A stretch of DNA of 64,000 bases from Pirellulales bacterium (lineage in GTDB: Bacteria; Planctomycetota; Planctomycetia; Pirellulales; UBA1268): contig JADHSL010000007.1 of assembly GCA_016776925.1 (NCBI GenBank), positions 4,821-68,820 of the forward strand. The letters are read 5' to 3'. This document shows positions 20,160 through 30,507 of the stretch, one piece after another. Made by a program: the position numbers and the translations under genes. The notes below the pieces were generated by a model, which saw nothing but the letters and a program-made list of their open reading frames with translations, did not search any database and was not told the DNA's origin. Positions within the stretch are counted from its first letter, which is position 1. Every line of letters begins with the position of its first letter.

Positions 20160-21689
20160 ATGACGACACCTCACAACGGAACACAAACGAAGTCCACAAC
20201 GACGGCATCACCTCCAGTCAACCGCAGGAACTTCATCACGACATCAGCCGCTGGAGTCACTGTTGCCACAACCCTGGCTGCAGCCCGTACCAGTGGGGCT
20301 GCACAAGCCAGCGATAGAATCCGCATTGGTTTTATTGGTCCTGGCGGAAGGGGCTTTGGTGCCCATGTAAAAACACTTGTGAAGCTTCGTAGTGAGGGCG
20401 CGAATATTGATCTTGTGGCTGTTAGTGAGGTGTATAAAGCACAAGAAGATAAGGTCTGTGACTACATTAAGGCTGAAACAGGTATCGATCCAAAGCGATA
20501 CGTTGACTATCAGGACATGCTGGCTGATGACTCGATTGATGCCGTATGCATCGGAACCCCAGATCACTGGCACCGCATACAGATTGTCGATGCCCTCAAG
20601 GCTGGGAAGCATGTGTATGCAGAAAAACCAATGACAAAAACCGTCGAAGAGGCCCTTGACGTCGTCAAGGTCTGGAAAGATACCGGTCGAGTCATGCAGG
20701 TTGGTGTTCAATCCACCAGCCTTCCAGTCTGGGACCAAGCTAGGGAACTGATCGATGGAGGTAAGCTCGGCAAGGTACTCGGATACCAAACAGAGTACTT
20801 CCGCAATTCAAACGTCGGACAATGGCGTTACTATGAATTAACTAAAAACATGACACCGAAAACAATCGACTGGAGAAGATGGCTTGGTGTTGATGCAGGC
20901 CTGGCCGAAGATATTCCATTTGATCGAGCAGTGTACGCTCAATGGCGATGCTACTGGCCATTTGGGTCTGGCATGTTTACCGATCTCTTCGTTCACCGCA
21001 CAACCGCCATGCTTAAGGCAACAGGGCTCCGCTTTCCGGCCCGTGTTGTAGGAGCTGGCGGCATTTACCTTGAACTTGATACTCGAGATGTACCTGACGT
21101 TGCAACGGTGGTTGCTGACTACAACGAGGGCTGCCAAGGGCTCATCACCGCAACGATGTGCAATGAAAAGTCCCGTATCAAACAAACCATACGTGGTCAT
21201 AACGGTGCGTTTGAATTCGGCAACGGAGAAAATTTCAAGGAATTTGAGTTCCTTGCTGAACGTCCTCAGGTAACACTCGACAGCTCAATCAAAGATGAAA
21301 CGATCAAAAGCGATATGAAAGAGGGGAGCCTCGCGAAAGGTGGCACCACAAAGCTCCACTTCCAGAACTGGCTTGCCGCCATGGAGGCAAATGATCCCAA
21401 TGCCTGCAACAACCCTCCTGATCTCGGTGCCGCTGCCGTCACGACAGTGATCCTCGGAGCAATGAGTTATCGGAATGGAAAGGTCTATCATTTCGATGCT
21501 GAACGTGGGCGATACACCGAAGGCACGCCCGCCTGGGCCGACCGATGGGAATCCCTTTCCAAACATCGCGGTCAACCACGACACGTGCCAGGTTGGCAAG
21601 CAGGTGAAACAGGAAGTGAACTCAAACCTAAGCCCTACCAGTCATTGGCGGGACCATGGGTTGACGGAACAGATCCTGCGAGTGCCTAA
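20160..21689 (+). CDS. Tat-exported Gfo/Idh/MocA family oxidoreductase
   Basis: Twin-arginine motif NRRNFITTSAAG. Rossmann motif IRIGFIGPGGRG. EKP motif YAEKPMT. Confidence 0.85.
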   Translation: MTTPHNGTQTKSTTTASPPVNRRNFITTSAAGVTVATTLAAARTSGAAQASDRIRIGFIGPGGRGFGAHVKTLVKLRSEGANIDLVAVSEVYKAQEDKVCDYIKAETGIDPKRYVDYQDMLADDSIDAVCIGTPDHWHRIQIVDALKAGKHVYAEKPMTKTVEEALDVVKVWKDTGRVMQVGVQSTSLPVWDQARELIDGGKLGKVLGYQTEYFRNSNVGQWRYYELTKNMTPKTIDWRRWLGVDAGLAEDIPFDRAVYAQWRCYWPFGSGMFTDLFVHRTTAMLKATGLRFPARVVGAGGIYLELDTRDVPDVATVVADYNEGCQGLITATMCNEKSRIKQTIRGHNGAFEFGNGENFKEFEFLAERPQVTLDSSIKDETIKSDMKEGSLAKGGTTKLHFQNWLAAMEANDPNACNNPPDLGAAAVTTVILGAMSYRNGKVYHFDAERGRYTEGTPAWADRWESLSKHRGQPRHVPGWQAGETGSELKPKPYQSLAGPWVDGTDPASA

Positions 21690-21718
21690 CGCCAGCGTAC
21701 GTTCTTTCTCAGACAACG

Positions 21719-21750
21719 AGCGTGGCCTGTTCTACAGGCCACGCTTTTTT
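21719..21750 (+). terminator. intrinsic terminator hairpin between convergent genes
   Basis: AGCGTGGCCTG-TTCTA-CAGGCCACGCT followed by TTTTT. The flanking AGACAAC/GTTGTCT could extend the stem. Confidence 0.6.
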
Positions 21751-21756
21751 GTTGTC

Positions 21757-22644
21757 TTATTCTTCGTCTGTCGAAATCTGCTTCTGCTGCCGGACGATGG
21801 AAACTGCTCGGATATCACCAAAGGCTTTCTGTTTGATTTGCGTCGGTTGAATAGTCACTGTGTAATCACCAACTACATCGATGAGCACATGGCCACTATG
21901 GACCCACTCAAAATTTTGAAAATGACCTGTCTCTTTGACAACACAAGCAACTGCTTCTATTTCCTCACCCTCTTTAACAAAGACAATACGGCCCTCACTC
22001 CCCCCCTGCCCTTTTCCACAGCCTTGGAGCAGACCGACTGAATACCAACCCGATTCCTGAAAATGGCACTTCCATGCTGCCGAATCACCCTGCTCGGTCC
22101 AGAATCCAACAGTATTTTTGTACGGCTGTGGCTCGTAACGTAGTTTTTCACCTCGGGTATCGGCTTCACAGGCCCGGAGAAGCATCGACCCGTCAGAAGC
22201 CGCCTCATTTCGTTGCTGTTCAGATAGAAGCAGTGGTGTCGAATCAAACGTCACAAGAAGTTCTCCATTTTTGGGAAAACCCACATCCCACTGGAACCGC
22301 CACTGTGTTGGTTCCGGATGAACTTTCACCTTAATATCCGGCCTGCCGATGCACTCCACACTCGCAAGTGCAGCGCAGAATCGAGGCGTTCTGAGTTGCT
22401 GCTGCGTTCTTCCTATTTCTGAGGGAACAAGCTGTATCTGCTGCCCCTTTCGCACCGCCGATGCAACCCCAGTGAACTCTGGCTGTGTTGTATCCAACGA
22501 TGCGACGAAGGTACCCGGTATTCCATGCTTTTCATGAGCATATCCATGACTGCAGTATGCACACCCAGCAAGAAGGCCTGCCAGAATCATTGTTTTCAAG
22601 ACCATACGTGCTCGCCCCCTTCTCAAATTTTGTTGATTGGGCAT
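21757..22644 (-). CDS. secreted hypothetical protein with a C-terminal CBM-like beta-sandwich
   Basis: Signal peptide or lipobox-like LLAGC. The C-terminal half (NTVGFWTEQGDSAAWKCHF...GDYTVTIQP) has the same pattern as the CBM-like module of the 10175 gene. Confidence 0.55.
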   Translation of the reverse strand: MPNQQNLRRGRARMVLKTMILAGLLAGCAYCSHGYAHEKHGIPGTFVASLDTTQPEFTGVASAVRKGQQIQLVPSEIGRTQQQLRTPRFCAALASVECIGRPDIKVKVHPEPTQWRFQWDVGFPKNGELLVTFDSTPLLLSEQQRNEAASDGSMLLRACEADTRGEKLRYEPQPYKNTVGFWTEQGDSAAWKCHFQESGWYSVGLLQGCGKGQGGSEGRIVFVKEGEEIEAVACVVKETGHFQNFEWVHSGHVLIDVVGDYTVTIQPTQIKQKAFGDIRAVSIVRQQKQISTDEE

Positions 22645-22658
22645 CTCTCGGGTTTAGC

Positions 22659-23756
22659 TCAGCGAACGACTCGTGCACCGGCCCCAGACATCACCTTCTC
22701 GACTTCTAGTCTTGTCGCCATCGATGTATCACCAGGTGTTGTCGATGCTAACGCTCCATGTGCCGCTCCATAGCTCACAGCTTGTTGTGGGTCATTGAAC
22801 TCAAGAAACCCAAAGGCCAAACCACTTGCAAAACTATCACCACCACCCACACGGTCGAGGATTTCCAACTCTGGAAACTTCTGACTATCATAGATTTTCC
22901 CGTCGTGCCAAAGGATAGCCGACCAATCGTTGCGAGTTGCAGTGATTACCCGTCTCAATGTGGTGGCTGCAACCTGAAAGTTAGGAAACTCTGCAACGGC
23001 CGATTGTATCATTCGCTTGAAGGCATCTGTTTCTATCTCACTAATGGACTCATCAACACCCTCCACGTCGAATCCAAGCGATGCAGTGAAGTCCTCTTCA
23101 TTACCAATCATCACATCCACATGTTTCGCAATCTCTCGGTTGACTTCACGTGCTTTCTCAAGACCACCAATGCTCTTCCAAAGGCTTGGCCGATAGTTCA
23201 GATCGTAGGACACAATTGTCCCATGTTTTTTCGCCGCGGTAACCGCTTCGATGGTGAGCTCGGCAGTCGTCTCCGATAAGGCCGCGAAGATACCACCCGT
23301 ATGAAACCAACGCGCGCCGATTTCACCAAAGATTTTTTCCCAATCAACGTCACCAGGCTTCAGTTGACTCGCAGCGGTATTCCCTCTATCCGGGCAGCCA
23401 ACGGCACCACGGATACCATGGCCACGCTCCGTGAAATTGAGTCCATTGCGTACTGTTCGTCCCATGCCATCATCATCACGCCACACAAGAAAGTCTGTAC
23501 AGACTCCACCCTGCATGATGCAATCTTCAATGAGGTGCCCAACCTCGTTGTCGACAAACGCAGAGACAACCGCTGTACGAAGACCAAAACATTTCCTGAG
23601 ACCTCGCGTGACGTTGTATTCACCACCACCCTCCCAAGCATGAAACTGTCTCGCGGTGCGAATGCGACCCTCACCCGGGTCAAGCCGAAGCATTACCTCA
23701 CCTAAAGATACTGCATCAAACCCACACTGCTCACGCGTTTTCAACGGCAACGCCAT
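22659..23756 (-). CDS. PfkB-family sugar kinase (2-keto-3-deoxygluconate kinase-like)
   Basis: PfkB signatures: LGEVMLRLDPG near the N-terminus and DRVGGGDSFASGLAFG near the C-terminus. Confidence 0.85.
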   Translation of the reverse strand: MALPLKTREQCGFDAVSLGEVMLRLDPGEGRIRTARQFHAWEGGGEYNVTRGLRKCFGLRTAVVSAFVDNEVGHLIEDCIMQGGVCTDFLVWRDDDGMGRTVRNGLNFTERGHGIRGAVGCPDRGNTAASQLKPGDVDWEKIFGEIGARWFHTGGIFAALSETTAELTIEAVTAAKKHGTIVSYDLNYRPSLWKSIGGLEKAREVNREIAKHVDVMIGNEEDFTASLGFDVEGVDESISEIETDAFKRMIQSAVAEFPNFQVAATTLRRVITATRNDWSAILWHDGKIYDSQKFPELEILDRVGGGDSFASGLAFGFLEFNDPQQAVSYGAAHGALASTTPGDTSMATRLEVEKVMSGAGARVVR

Positions 23757-23774
23757 TCCCTCACCCCTTTATGT

Positions 23775-24872
23775 TCATTCTACAGAAACAGTAACCGACT
23801 CGTGTTTATCGATAGGATCAGCACCGGCCTCTTGTGCAATCTCATTGAGTGCATCCACTTCAGCTACCGAAAAAAGTAATCCACCAGCAGACTCACTGCG
23901 TAGAGCAAAGTTTGCTTCGAGTTGCCCAGGGAGCAAACACGAATCATTCCCATGACCCAGAATATCATCAATAACGACCTTTATATTTTCCGACTGGGTT
24001 CGATTTTGTGCGAACATCCCTGCCGACAGGGCCTCGGGATGGATAACCTGAAAGAAGAAATTGCATGTCTGCTTCTCACCCTCCACCGGCTGTCGGCTCC
24101 GGATAGTCGGCACCGAGCCACCAATAAAGGCGGCAATGATTTCATTCATTAATGCCAGCCCATAGCCCTTGTGCGCACCGAATGGTACAAGCGAAACAGC
24201 GGCATGAGGATCCGTTGTGGGGTTTCCATTCTTGTCAACAGCTGCATGAGGAGGTAGCTGCTTTCCTTCTCTCTGAAATTGCTGGACTCGTCCCATAGCG
24301 ATAACCGATGTCGCCCAGTCAATTACGATAGGAAACCCAACTGCCTCGGTCGTGGGGAATCCCCAGGAATGCGGATTTGTTCCAAGCGTAGGGTAACTAC
24401 CACCAAATGGAACAACCTCGGCAAGTGATGCTGTACAGTTTGTTACTGCGATATACCCTCTCTTGGCTGCTTCCATCACATACCCGCCACCCCACAAATA
24501 ATGGAATGCATTGTCAACTGATACTGTTCCGGAACCATGCGTCTCTGCAAGTTCGATACAGCGATCAATCGCTTCCCATGCCACTGCCTGCCCAAGTTTT
24601 TTCTTCGCATCCCAGACTTCGGTGGCATCAAATCTAGTTTCCAGCCGCTCAATCTCAGCACCGGGAACGCAGCCACCAACGGCGGACCCAAACAGATCAT
24701 CAAGGTGTATCGCTTTGATCGCATTATGTGTCCGGATACCATGCCTTGTAGCAGCCGTGGCAAGCTTCGCAGCCTGTTCTGCCTCACTCGCAGTAAAACC
24801 CCGCTTGGAGTATGCAGCGCACACAATGCGCTCATGCTCTTCAACCGAAACGACAAGAAAGTTTTCTGACAT
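23775..24872 (-). CDS. Ldh2-family (malate/L-lactate/sulfolactate-type) NAD(P)H-dependent dehydrogenase
   Basis: Length and motifs (FGAHKGYGLALMNEII, HGIRTHNAI) fit the Ldh_2 family. Confidence 0.75.
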   Translation of the reverse strand: MSENFLVVSVEEHERIVCAAYSKRGFTASEAEQAAKLATAATRHGIRTHNAIKAIHLDDLFGSAVGGCVPGAEIERLETRFDATEVWDAKKKLGQAVAWEAIDRCIELAETHGSGTVSVDNAFHYLWGGGYVMEAAKRGYIAVTNCTASLAEVVPFGGSYPTLGTNPHSWGFPTTEAVGFPIVIDWATSVIAMGRVQQFQREGKQLPPHAAVDKNGNPTTDPHAAVSLVPFGAHKGYGLALMNEIIAAFIGGSVPTIRSRQPVEGEKQTCNFFFQVIHPEALSAGMFAQNRTQSENIKVVIDDILGHGNDSCLLPGQLEANFALRSESAGGLLFSVAEVDALNEIAQEAGADPIDKHESVTVSVE

Positions 24873-24914
24873 TGGCTTCTCCCAGGCTCAAAAACCTGGC
24901 CTTTCAAAACACGG

Positions 24915-25901
24915 TCACTCGACAACTCGTTGCACGGCAACTTCTGGATTCACCTGTGCTAGTGGTGGCTCACCCCGCATAGCATTTATAAGATTCGTAA
25001 CTGCTGCGACTGCTTGACGCTGAACACTTTCACGTGTTCTTGAACCAATATGCGGTGTTACCAGGCAGTTTGGGAGGTGAGTGAGCGGATGGTTTTCCGA
25101 AGGCGGTTCTTCATCAAGTACATCCGTACCATAACCGCGCAACGCACCCGACCTGAGTGCTTCAGCAACATCAGCCGTATGAATGATTTCTCCTCGTGCA
25201 CAATTCAAAAGAATCGCATCAGGTTTGAGAAGCTTAATTGTTTCGGCACAAATAAGTTCACGGGTTTCTGATGTGAGATTCGTGTGGAGTGACAAATAAT
25301 CAACACGGGGAAAGAGATCTCGCATGTCCTGACATCGTTCCACACCATGCTTCGTAGCAAAGTCTTGGTCCCAGTACACATCGTAACCAATCGGCTGCAT
25401 GCCAAAGGCACGGGCACGAACTGCAACTTCTTTCCCGATACGGCCCATACCGACGATCCCGATTGTTTTTCCGAGAATCTCCCGTCCAGTTCGCCGATCC
25501 CAGCCCCCCTGTCGTGTTGAATCCGTATGAAATAAAAGATGCTTCTCGAGGGCAAGAAGTAATAAAAAAGTGTGCTCTGCTACCGTTGTATGGTTTACGC
25601 CTGGAGTGAAGAGTAACGGTATGCCCATTTCTGTAGCCGCTGCGACATCAATCTTATCAACACCAATTCCGTACTTGCTGAGAACCTTCAGCCGCGGGCT
25701 CGCCTGCTGCAGGACTGATCTCGTAATCGCGTCATCACCACAAATGTACCCATCAATATCAACAACAAACGAGCGTGTATCTGCCTCCGACAGCGGACCC
25801 CGTGCCTTCACGACCTCCCACCCAGTTTCTGCCAACATTTCATGGTGTGGACCGGGAGTGTCCTGGAATGAGGTTGTACTTACAAGGATGCGGGGTTTCA
25901 T
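24915..25901 (-). CDS. D-isomer-specific 2-hydroxyacid dehydrogenase
   Basis: NAD-binding motif GKTIGIVGMGRIGKEVA and catalytic-region LVTPHIGSRT. ATG at 25901; the track uses the TTG at 25916. Confidence 0.85.
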   Translation of the reverse strand: MKPRILVSTTSFQDTPGPHHEMLAETGWEVVKARGPLSEADTRSFVVDIDGYICGDDAITRSVLQQASPRLKVLSKYGIGVDKIDVAAATEMGIPLLFTPGVNHTTVAEHTFLLLLALEKHLLFHTDSTRQGGWDRRTGREILGKTIGIVGMGRIGKEVAVRARAFGMQPIGYDVYWDQDFATKHGVERCQDMRDLFPRVDYLSLHTNLTSETRELICAETIKLLKPDAILLNCARGEIIHTADVAEALRSGALRGYGTDVLDEEPPSENHPLTHLPNCLVTPHIGSRTRESVQRQAVAAVTNLINAMRGEPPLAQVNPEVAVQRVVE

Positions 25902-25978
25902 ATAGTGATGCCACAATGTGTCAAGTTATGAGAAGCCATCGAGTGTAGTGAAAGAAAATATATTGTGAATACGCGCCC

Positions 25979-26623
25979 CTACACGGAGGGAACACCTTCA
26001 TGAAAATGGTCGGCCAGTAAGCTCGTGGACGTACCATCCCACCCGAACACTTGACAGTCAGCATAGTCGTGATCACCAAGGCCGTTGAGCCCATGTCGTA
26101 AAAGCCAGTATTGGTTCTCTTCTGGTATTGGGTAATCACGAAACTCATGCATTCTTGTCGAAGGTACCGATGTTTTTATCCACGCCCAAAAGTTGATATG
26201 GAATTGAAAATTGATATCAGCCTCCTCTTTGCACCAATACCTATATTCGTATTCCGTCAGATGGCAGCAGTAGTCGAAAACAGCCCCGAGTTCTGATTCT
26301 CCTGCAAGCTTCTCACACGCTCGGATTCCCACTGGTGTGGTCGTAATAACAACGGCAGGTCTGAGTGCATTCCACCGCGATACATTGACCAGTCGCTGCT
26401 CCAGCCCGGCAAGCCAGCAACGAATCTTTGCCTCCAGTAGTTCTTCCTCAGCGGCTTGTGAATATGATGACGGAGTGTTCCGCGGTGGCGACTTCTTACC
26501 CTGCGGCCGTATCTTTTTTCGCTCACACACCAGAAAGTTACGGAGTCGTGCAAGCCAGCCGTCGACATCTCCTTGAGTTATGGGGTCCGGTATGTCTTGT
26601 TGCCCGTGGGTTGCTTTAGCCAT
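25979..26623 (-). CDS. hypothetical protein, family unknown
   Basis: I trimmed the ORF to the ATG at 26623 (MAKATHGQQD...), 4 nt after the hrpB stop. The longer track ORF overlaps hrpB. Confidence 0.5.
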   Translation of the reverse strand: MAKATHGQQDIPDPITQGDVDGWLARLRNFLVCERKKIRPQGKKSPPRNTPSSYSQAAEEELLEAKIRCWLAGLEQRLVNVSRWNALRPAVVITTTPVGIRACEKLAGESELGAVFDYCCHLTEYEYRYWCKEEADINFQFHINFWAWIKTSVPSTRMHEFRDYPIPEENQYWLLRHGLNGLGDHDYADCQVFGWDGTSTSLLADHFHEGVPSV

Positions 26624-29246
26624 GTTTTCCCCATCGCTTTTTTGTGGGCGTCGGTGCAGTTGGATCATCGGGCCATGCATGCTTGGGATACCGACGCTTC
26701 AGTTCCTTTTTGACAACAGGATATGTAGTGCACCAGAAACCCTGTAAATCGGTAGTTCGCTGCTGCGGCTGATTATTTGGCCCCAAGAGCTGCACAATTA
26801 GAACCACTTCTCCATTGACTATTCGAGGCACATGCGAAATACCAAACAGGTTTTGTATCCGTATGCTGACTTCAGGCTGCTTTCCCACTGCATACTCAAT
26901 GCGATACTTCTTTCCGTCCTGAAGCATACAGTGAACCGGTGCTAATCGATTGATCTCCGCAACCGTTTTGTCACCGAGACAACTACTTAGAACCAACTGC
27001 CAGTTCATCTCTCGAATATCCTCAAATGATCGAAACCCTTCAGCTCGATCTTTTGCTATCCGAATGAGCGTCTCGTCATCAAGAACCGTAGTCGCCAGCC
27101 CCTCGACATGAGAACCCTCTGTCTCCTTCAACATCTGCTGGAGCCACCTCGCCCGTACCAAAAATCTTCCCGCCCCTGTGTTTAACGCCGGAAGCACCTC
27201 AACTGGTTTTCGCAGGGCCTCCCGAAACAGCAGTTCTGTTACTTCAGCCGTATTGCCAACTGCACATGGTGATTCTTCAAGGACAAGCCCATGCCAAGCA
27301 ACCTGGCGTCGTTCTACAACACGCTTTTTTGGCGTATTAAAGGACACGTCATGCACAACTGAGACATGCTCCTTCCAATCACTCTCCAACGTTAGCCATT
27401 GGGGATCAACTGCCGACGCAGCCCGCACTGTCACTTCGCTCCCAGAATCGTCAATGTCAATCGCCAGAAAGAATTCTTCATGACGAACAGAGCTTTTCTT
27501 ATCTAGCCGCACGCCCCGCCCGCCAACCATTGTCCCGCGTTCTGCTGACCCTTTCCGAATCCGACACAATCGATCGGGATACGCTGTGAGAAAAACCTCA
27601 CGAAAAACATATGCAGGATCTGTTGCCCTCACACCACACCTCTTGGCAACCAGGTGAAAGTACTGATCTGCTGCCCTCAGCACGGTACGAGCAGCGCCAT
27701 GATGGAGAGGTGGCAAACCAGAGGCTTCGACATCGGCTCCCGTCGCATGGAAGTGCTGGAGCAATAGCACCTTCTCAAAAAGATCTGAACGAACACGACT
27801 CTCGATAATATCTCGTGGCCGGCTTCCACTCTGTCCACCAGCACGAAATGGATCTCGTTCGGTGAGCAATGCTGCAGCAACAGCGACCTCCCGAAGAACA
27901 CCTCGCTTCGCACCTTCTAGTAATAAAATCGCCAGCCTCGGATGGACAGGCAAACCAGCACCCTCTCGTCCCAGTTCTGTCACCTGATACGACTCACCTC
28001 TTTCGGTGGCACTCTTTTTAAGGCATCCCAGTTCTTCAAGCGTTCGCAGCCCTCTGGTCCGTGCATCATCAGATGGTTTGTCGAGCCACTGAAATGAACC
28101 CGACTGGTGAAGAATACTGAGCGTTAACAACGCTTGCGTCAGATCAGCCCGCACAACCTCTGGCGTTTCAAAACGAGGACGTCTGGCATGCGCGGCCTCC
28201 TCCCAGAGACGCCAACATCTACCAGGTGCGGTTCTCCCAGCTCTCCCGGCGCGCTGTTCCGCTGAAGCCTGAGATATCGGCACCGTCTGCAACTGTGGCA
28301 GCCCCGTTGATGCAGAAACATGGAGTTGCCGAGCGAGCCCACTGTCGAGTACCGCCGTGACTCCAGAAATTGTCACTGACGTCTCCGCAATGTTTGTAGA
28401 AAGAATGACCTTCCGACGACCATCATCCTGAAGAGCTTCATCCTGCTGCTCTGCTGGCAAGTCTCCAAAAAGTTTGACTAGCCGACATCCTCCTCCGGTT
28501 GTAATCGCTTCGATTTTTTTCGCAGCAGCAAATATTTCCCCAACGCCAGGAAGAAAGACAAGAACATGCCCTTGGGTCTCACGGAGTGCCGCGGGCAGAA
28601 CAGTCTGGATGAGATCAGGAAGGTTTCGCGTAGACACCTGTGAGCCCGCATGTCGTGAATACGTGATTTCAACGGGGAACGAACGATCTGTCGCTCGAAT
28701 TACAGTTGCACCTCCTAAGTAGGCAGCGACTGCATCCGCATCAAGTGTCGCACTCATAACCAGAACTTTGAGGTCAGGCCGAATCGTTTCCCGAAGATTC
28801 TTTAACAACCCAATAAGAAGATCCATCTCGAGGGAACGCTCATGAAATTCGTCCAAAACAACACACGAAATGCCCGACAGCGACGGATCGGCAACGCATT
28901 GTCTAAGGAGCACTCCGGTGGTTTGCACGCAGAGCGTCGTTGATTGCGAGACCTTCGAATCGAATCGAACGCGGTAGCCGACCTCATCACCCAGCGGACA
29001 CCCGCGTATTGTGGCAATCTGCCGTGCAATAGCCCGTGCGGCGAACCGCCGAGGCTGAACCAAAATCAGATTTTCTTCGGACCTGAGGGAGTCGTGAAGT
29101 GCCGCTGGCACGAGCAGCGTTTTGCCTGACCCGGGGGGTGCTCCTACCACTACAGGGCCTTTTTCTGCCGCTTTGAGAATATCACCAAGTACCGAAGCGA
29201 CGGGCAAAGTATTGAGAAAGGCGACAACATCTGTGCATTTGTTCAT
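26616..29246 (-). CDS. hrpB: ATP-dependent DEAH-box RNA helicase HrpB
   Basis: Walker A GAPPGSGKT, DEFH box VVLDEFHERS, SAT motif MSATL, QRAGRAGR. The 876-aa length and C-terminal HrpB-type region fit. Confidence 0.9.
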   Translation of the reverse strand: MNKCTDVVAFLNTLPVASVLGDILKAAEKGPVVVGAPPGSGKTLLVPAALHDSLRSEENLILVQPRRFAARAIARQIATIRGCPLGDEVGYRVRFDSKVSQSTTLCVQTTGVLLRQCVADPSLSGISCVVLDEFHERSLEMDLLIGLLKNLRETIRPDLKVLVMSATLDADAVAAYLGGATVIRATDRSFPVEITYSRHAGSQVSTRNLPDLIQTVLPAALRETQGHVLVFLPGVGEIFAAAKKIEAITTGGGCRLVKLFGDLPAEQQDEALQDDGRRKVILSTNIAETSVTISGVTAVLDSGLARQLHVSASTGLPQLQTVPISQASAEQRAGRAGRTAPGRCWRLWEEAAHARRPRFETPEVVRADLTQALLTLSILHQSGSFQWLDKPSDDARTRGLRTLEELGCLKKSATERGESYQVTELGREGAGLPVHPRLAILLLEGAKRGVLREVAVAAALLTERDPFRAGGQSGSRPRDIIESRVRSDLFEKVLLLQHFHATGADVEASGLPPLHHGAARTVLRAADQYFHLVAKRCGVRATDPAYVFREVFLTAYPDRLCRIRKGSAERGTMVGGRGVRLDKKSSVRHEEFFLAIDIDDSGSEVTVRAASAVDPQWLTLESDWKEHVSVVHDVSFNTPKKRVVERRQVAWHGLVLEESPCAVGNTAEVTELLFREALRKPVEVLPALNTGAGRFLVRARWLQQMLKETEGSHVEGLATTVLDDETLIRIAKDRAEGFRSFEDIREMNWQLVLSSCLGDKTVAEINRLAPVHCMLQDGKKYRIEYAVGKQPEVSIRIQNLFGISHVPRIVNGEVVLIVQLLGPNNQPQQRTTDLQGFWCTTYPVVKKELKRRYPKHAWPDDPTAPTPTKKRWGKHG

Positions 29247-29310
29247 GATGTCGCCAAATGTTTGAATTCGTAAGGGCGGACGACGGCGTTGAGTTTGCTA
29301 TAACTAAAGC

Positions 29311-30495
29311 ATGAGTACTGCAACAATAAAACCGACCCCAATTGCACGCCGTGCAATTGAAGATTTTCCTGACTTTGATCTGGCAAAACTGCTTGGGACA
29401 GTATTTGACCCAATACAAGGCTGCCGCGTCGCGATCCTAATTGATCTTGCGGACACGAGCCAGATGCAGGATTTTGCGTTTCTTTCAAACCCCGATCTGA
29501 CCATCCAACACAAGGCCTATACAGTCTTTTATGAAGGCCTTCAGGGTGGTATCGCCGAACAACTCGGTGTCTCTGGTGGCGAGATGTTTGCTTACCACGA
29601 AACAGGCGGTAGTAACCTTGACCTTCCAGATGAAGCAGTTGACAGCAATGGTCACATAATCTCTTTAAAAGATTCGGTTTATACGAAATATGACCTGATT
29701 TTGTGTATTTCGACATTCTCTGCCACCGCTCCACTTACAGCCTTTGCAAAAGAATTTGGCTTTCGTGGCGCAACCCTACATGGCTTGAATGACATCATTC
29801 TCGCGACAGGACTTGCGGTGGACTATCGAGAAGTCAGTGCAGAGGCTGAAAAACTTCGGCTCGCACTCACTAGGGCTGATTCATTTGAAATTGATTTCGA
29901 AATGGACAACTCACAGTACCAAATCACCATTCAGTGTGATGGGCAGGAAGCTCAGAAAAGCCATGGTCTCTGCCTTGGAAAGGCTCCGGACATCGCAAAC
30001 CTCCCTGCTGGTGAAGTTTACTTTGTGCCCACCGGTGCGTCGGGGACGTTCCCGATGAAGTTTGATGATGGCACCCGTGCAGTCATGCACGTCGAAAATG
30101 GAAGAATTCACACGGCAACGTTCGTTGCGGGTGACCAATCACTTGTTGAGGCTTTCAATAACAAACTCAAAGCAGATCCCGTCACAGGAGAGATCGGTGA
30201 ACTTGGTTTTGGCACACAGGATCTCCCTGTTTCAGGTCGTGATATCCAGGACGAAAAGGTGCTGGGAACACTGCACGTCGCGACTGGCCGCAGTGATCAT
30301 CTTGGAGGTCATCTCACCCCAGATTTATTCGCCGAAAAACTCCATGCAACCCACGATGACATCCTCTTCTCGCCCTCAAAAACACCTGAAATTCGGGTTC
30401 TTCAGGCTCGCATGATCCGTGGTGATTCAGTCGAAGTGGTCATTCAGGATTTTGAGCCGTCAAGCTATCTGCGGGAAGCCCTTGCACAGGAGTAA
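29311..30495 (+). CDS. M29 (aminopeptidase T/AmpS-like) family metalloenzyme
   Basis: NLPAGEVYFVP, GEIGELGFGTQ and DEKVLGTLHVATG align with the M29 pattern NxPxGEVF...GEFxIGTN...DEKxxGTxHxAxG. Confidence 0.6.
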   Translation: MSTATIKPTPIARRAIEDFPDFDLAKLLGTVFDPIQGCRVAILIDLADTSQMQDFAFLSNPDLTIQHKAYTVFYEGLQGGIAEQLGVSGGEMFAYHETGGSNLDLPDEAVDSNGHIISLKDSVYTKYDLILCISTFSATAPLTAFAKEFGFRGATLHGLNDIILATGLAVDYREVSAEAEKLRLALTRADSFEIDFEMDNSQYQITIQCDGQEAQKSHGLCLGKAPDIANLPAGEVYFVPTGASGTFPMKFDDGTRAVMHVENGRIHTATFVAGDQSLVEAFNNKLKADPVTGEIGELGFGTQDLPVSGRDIQDEKVLGTLHVATGRSDHLGGHLTPDLFAEKLHATHDDILFSPSKTPEIRVLQARMIRGDSVEVVIQDFEPSSYLREALAQE

Positions 30496-30507
30496 TCGAC
30501 CGTGCTG

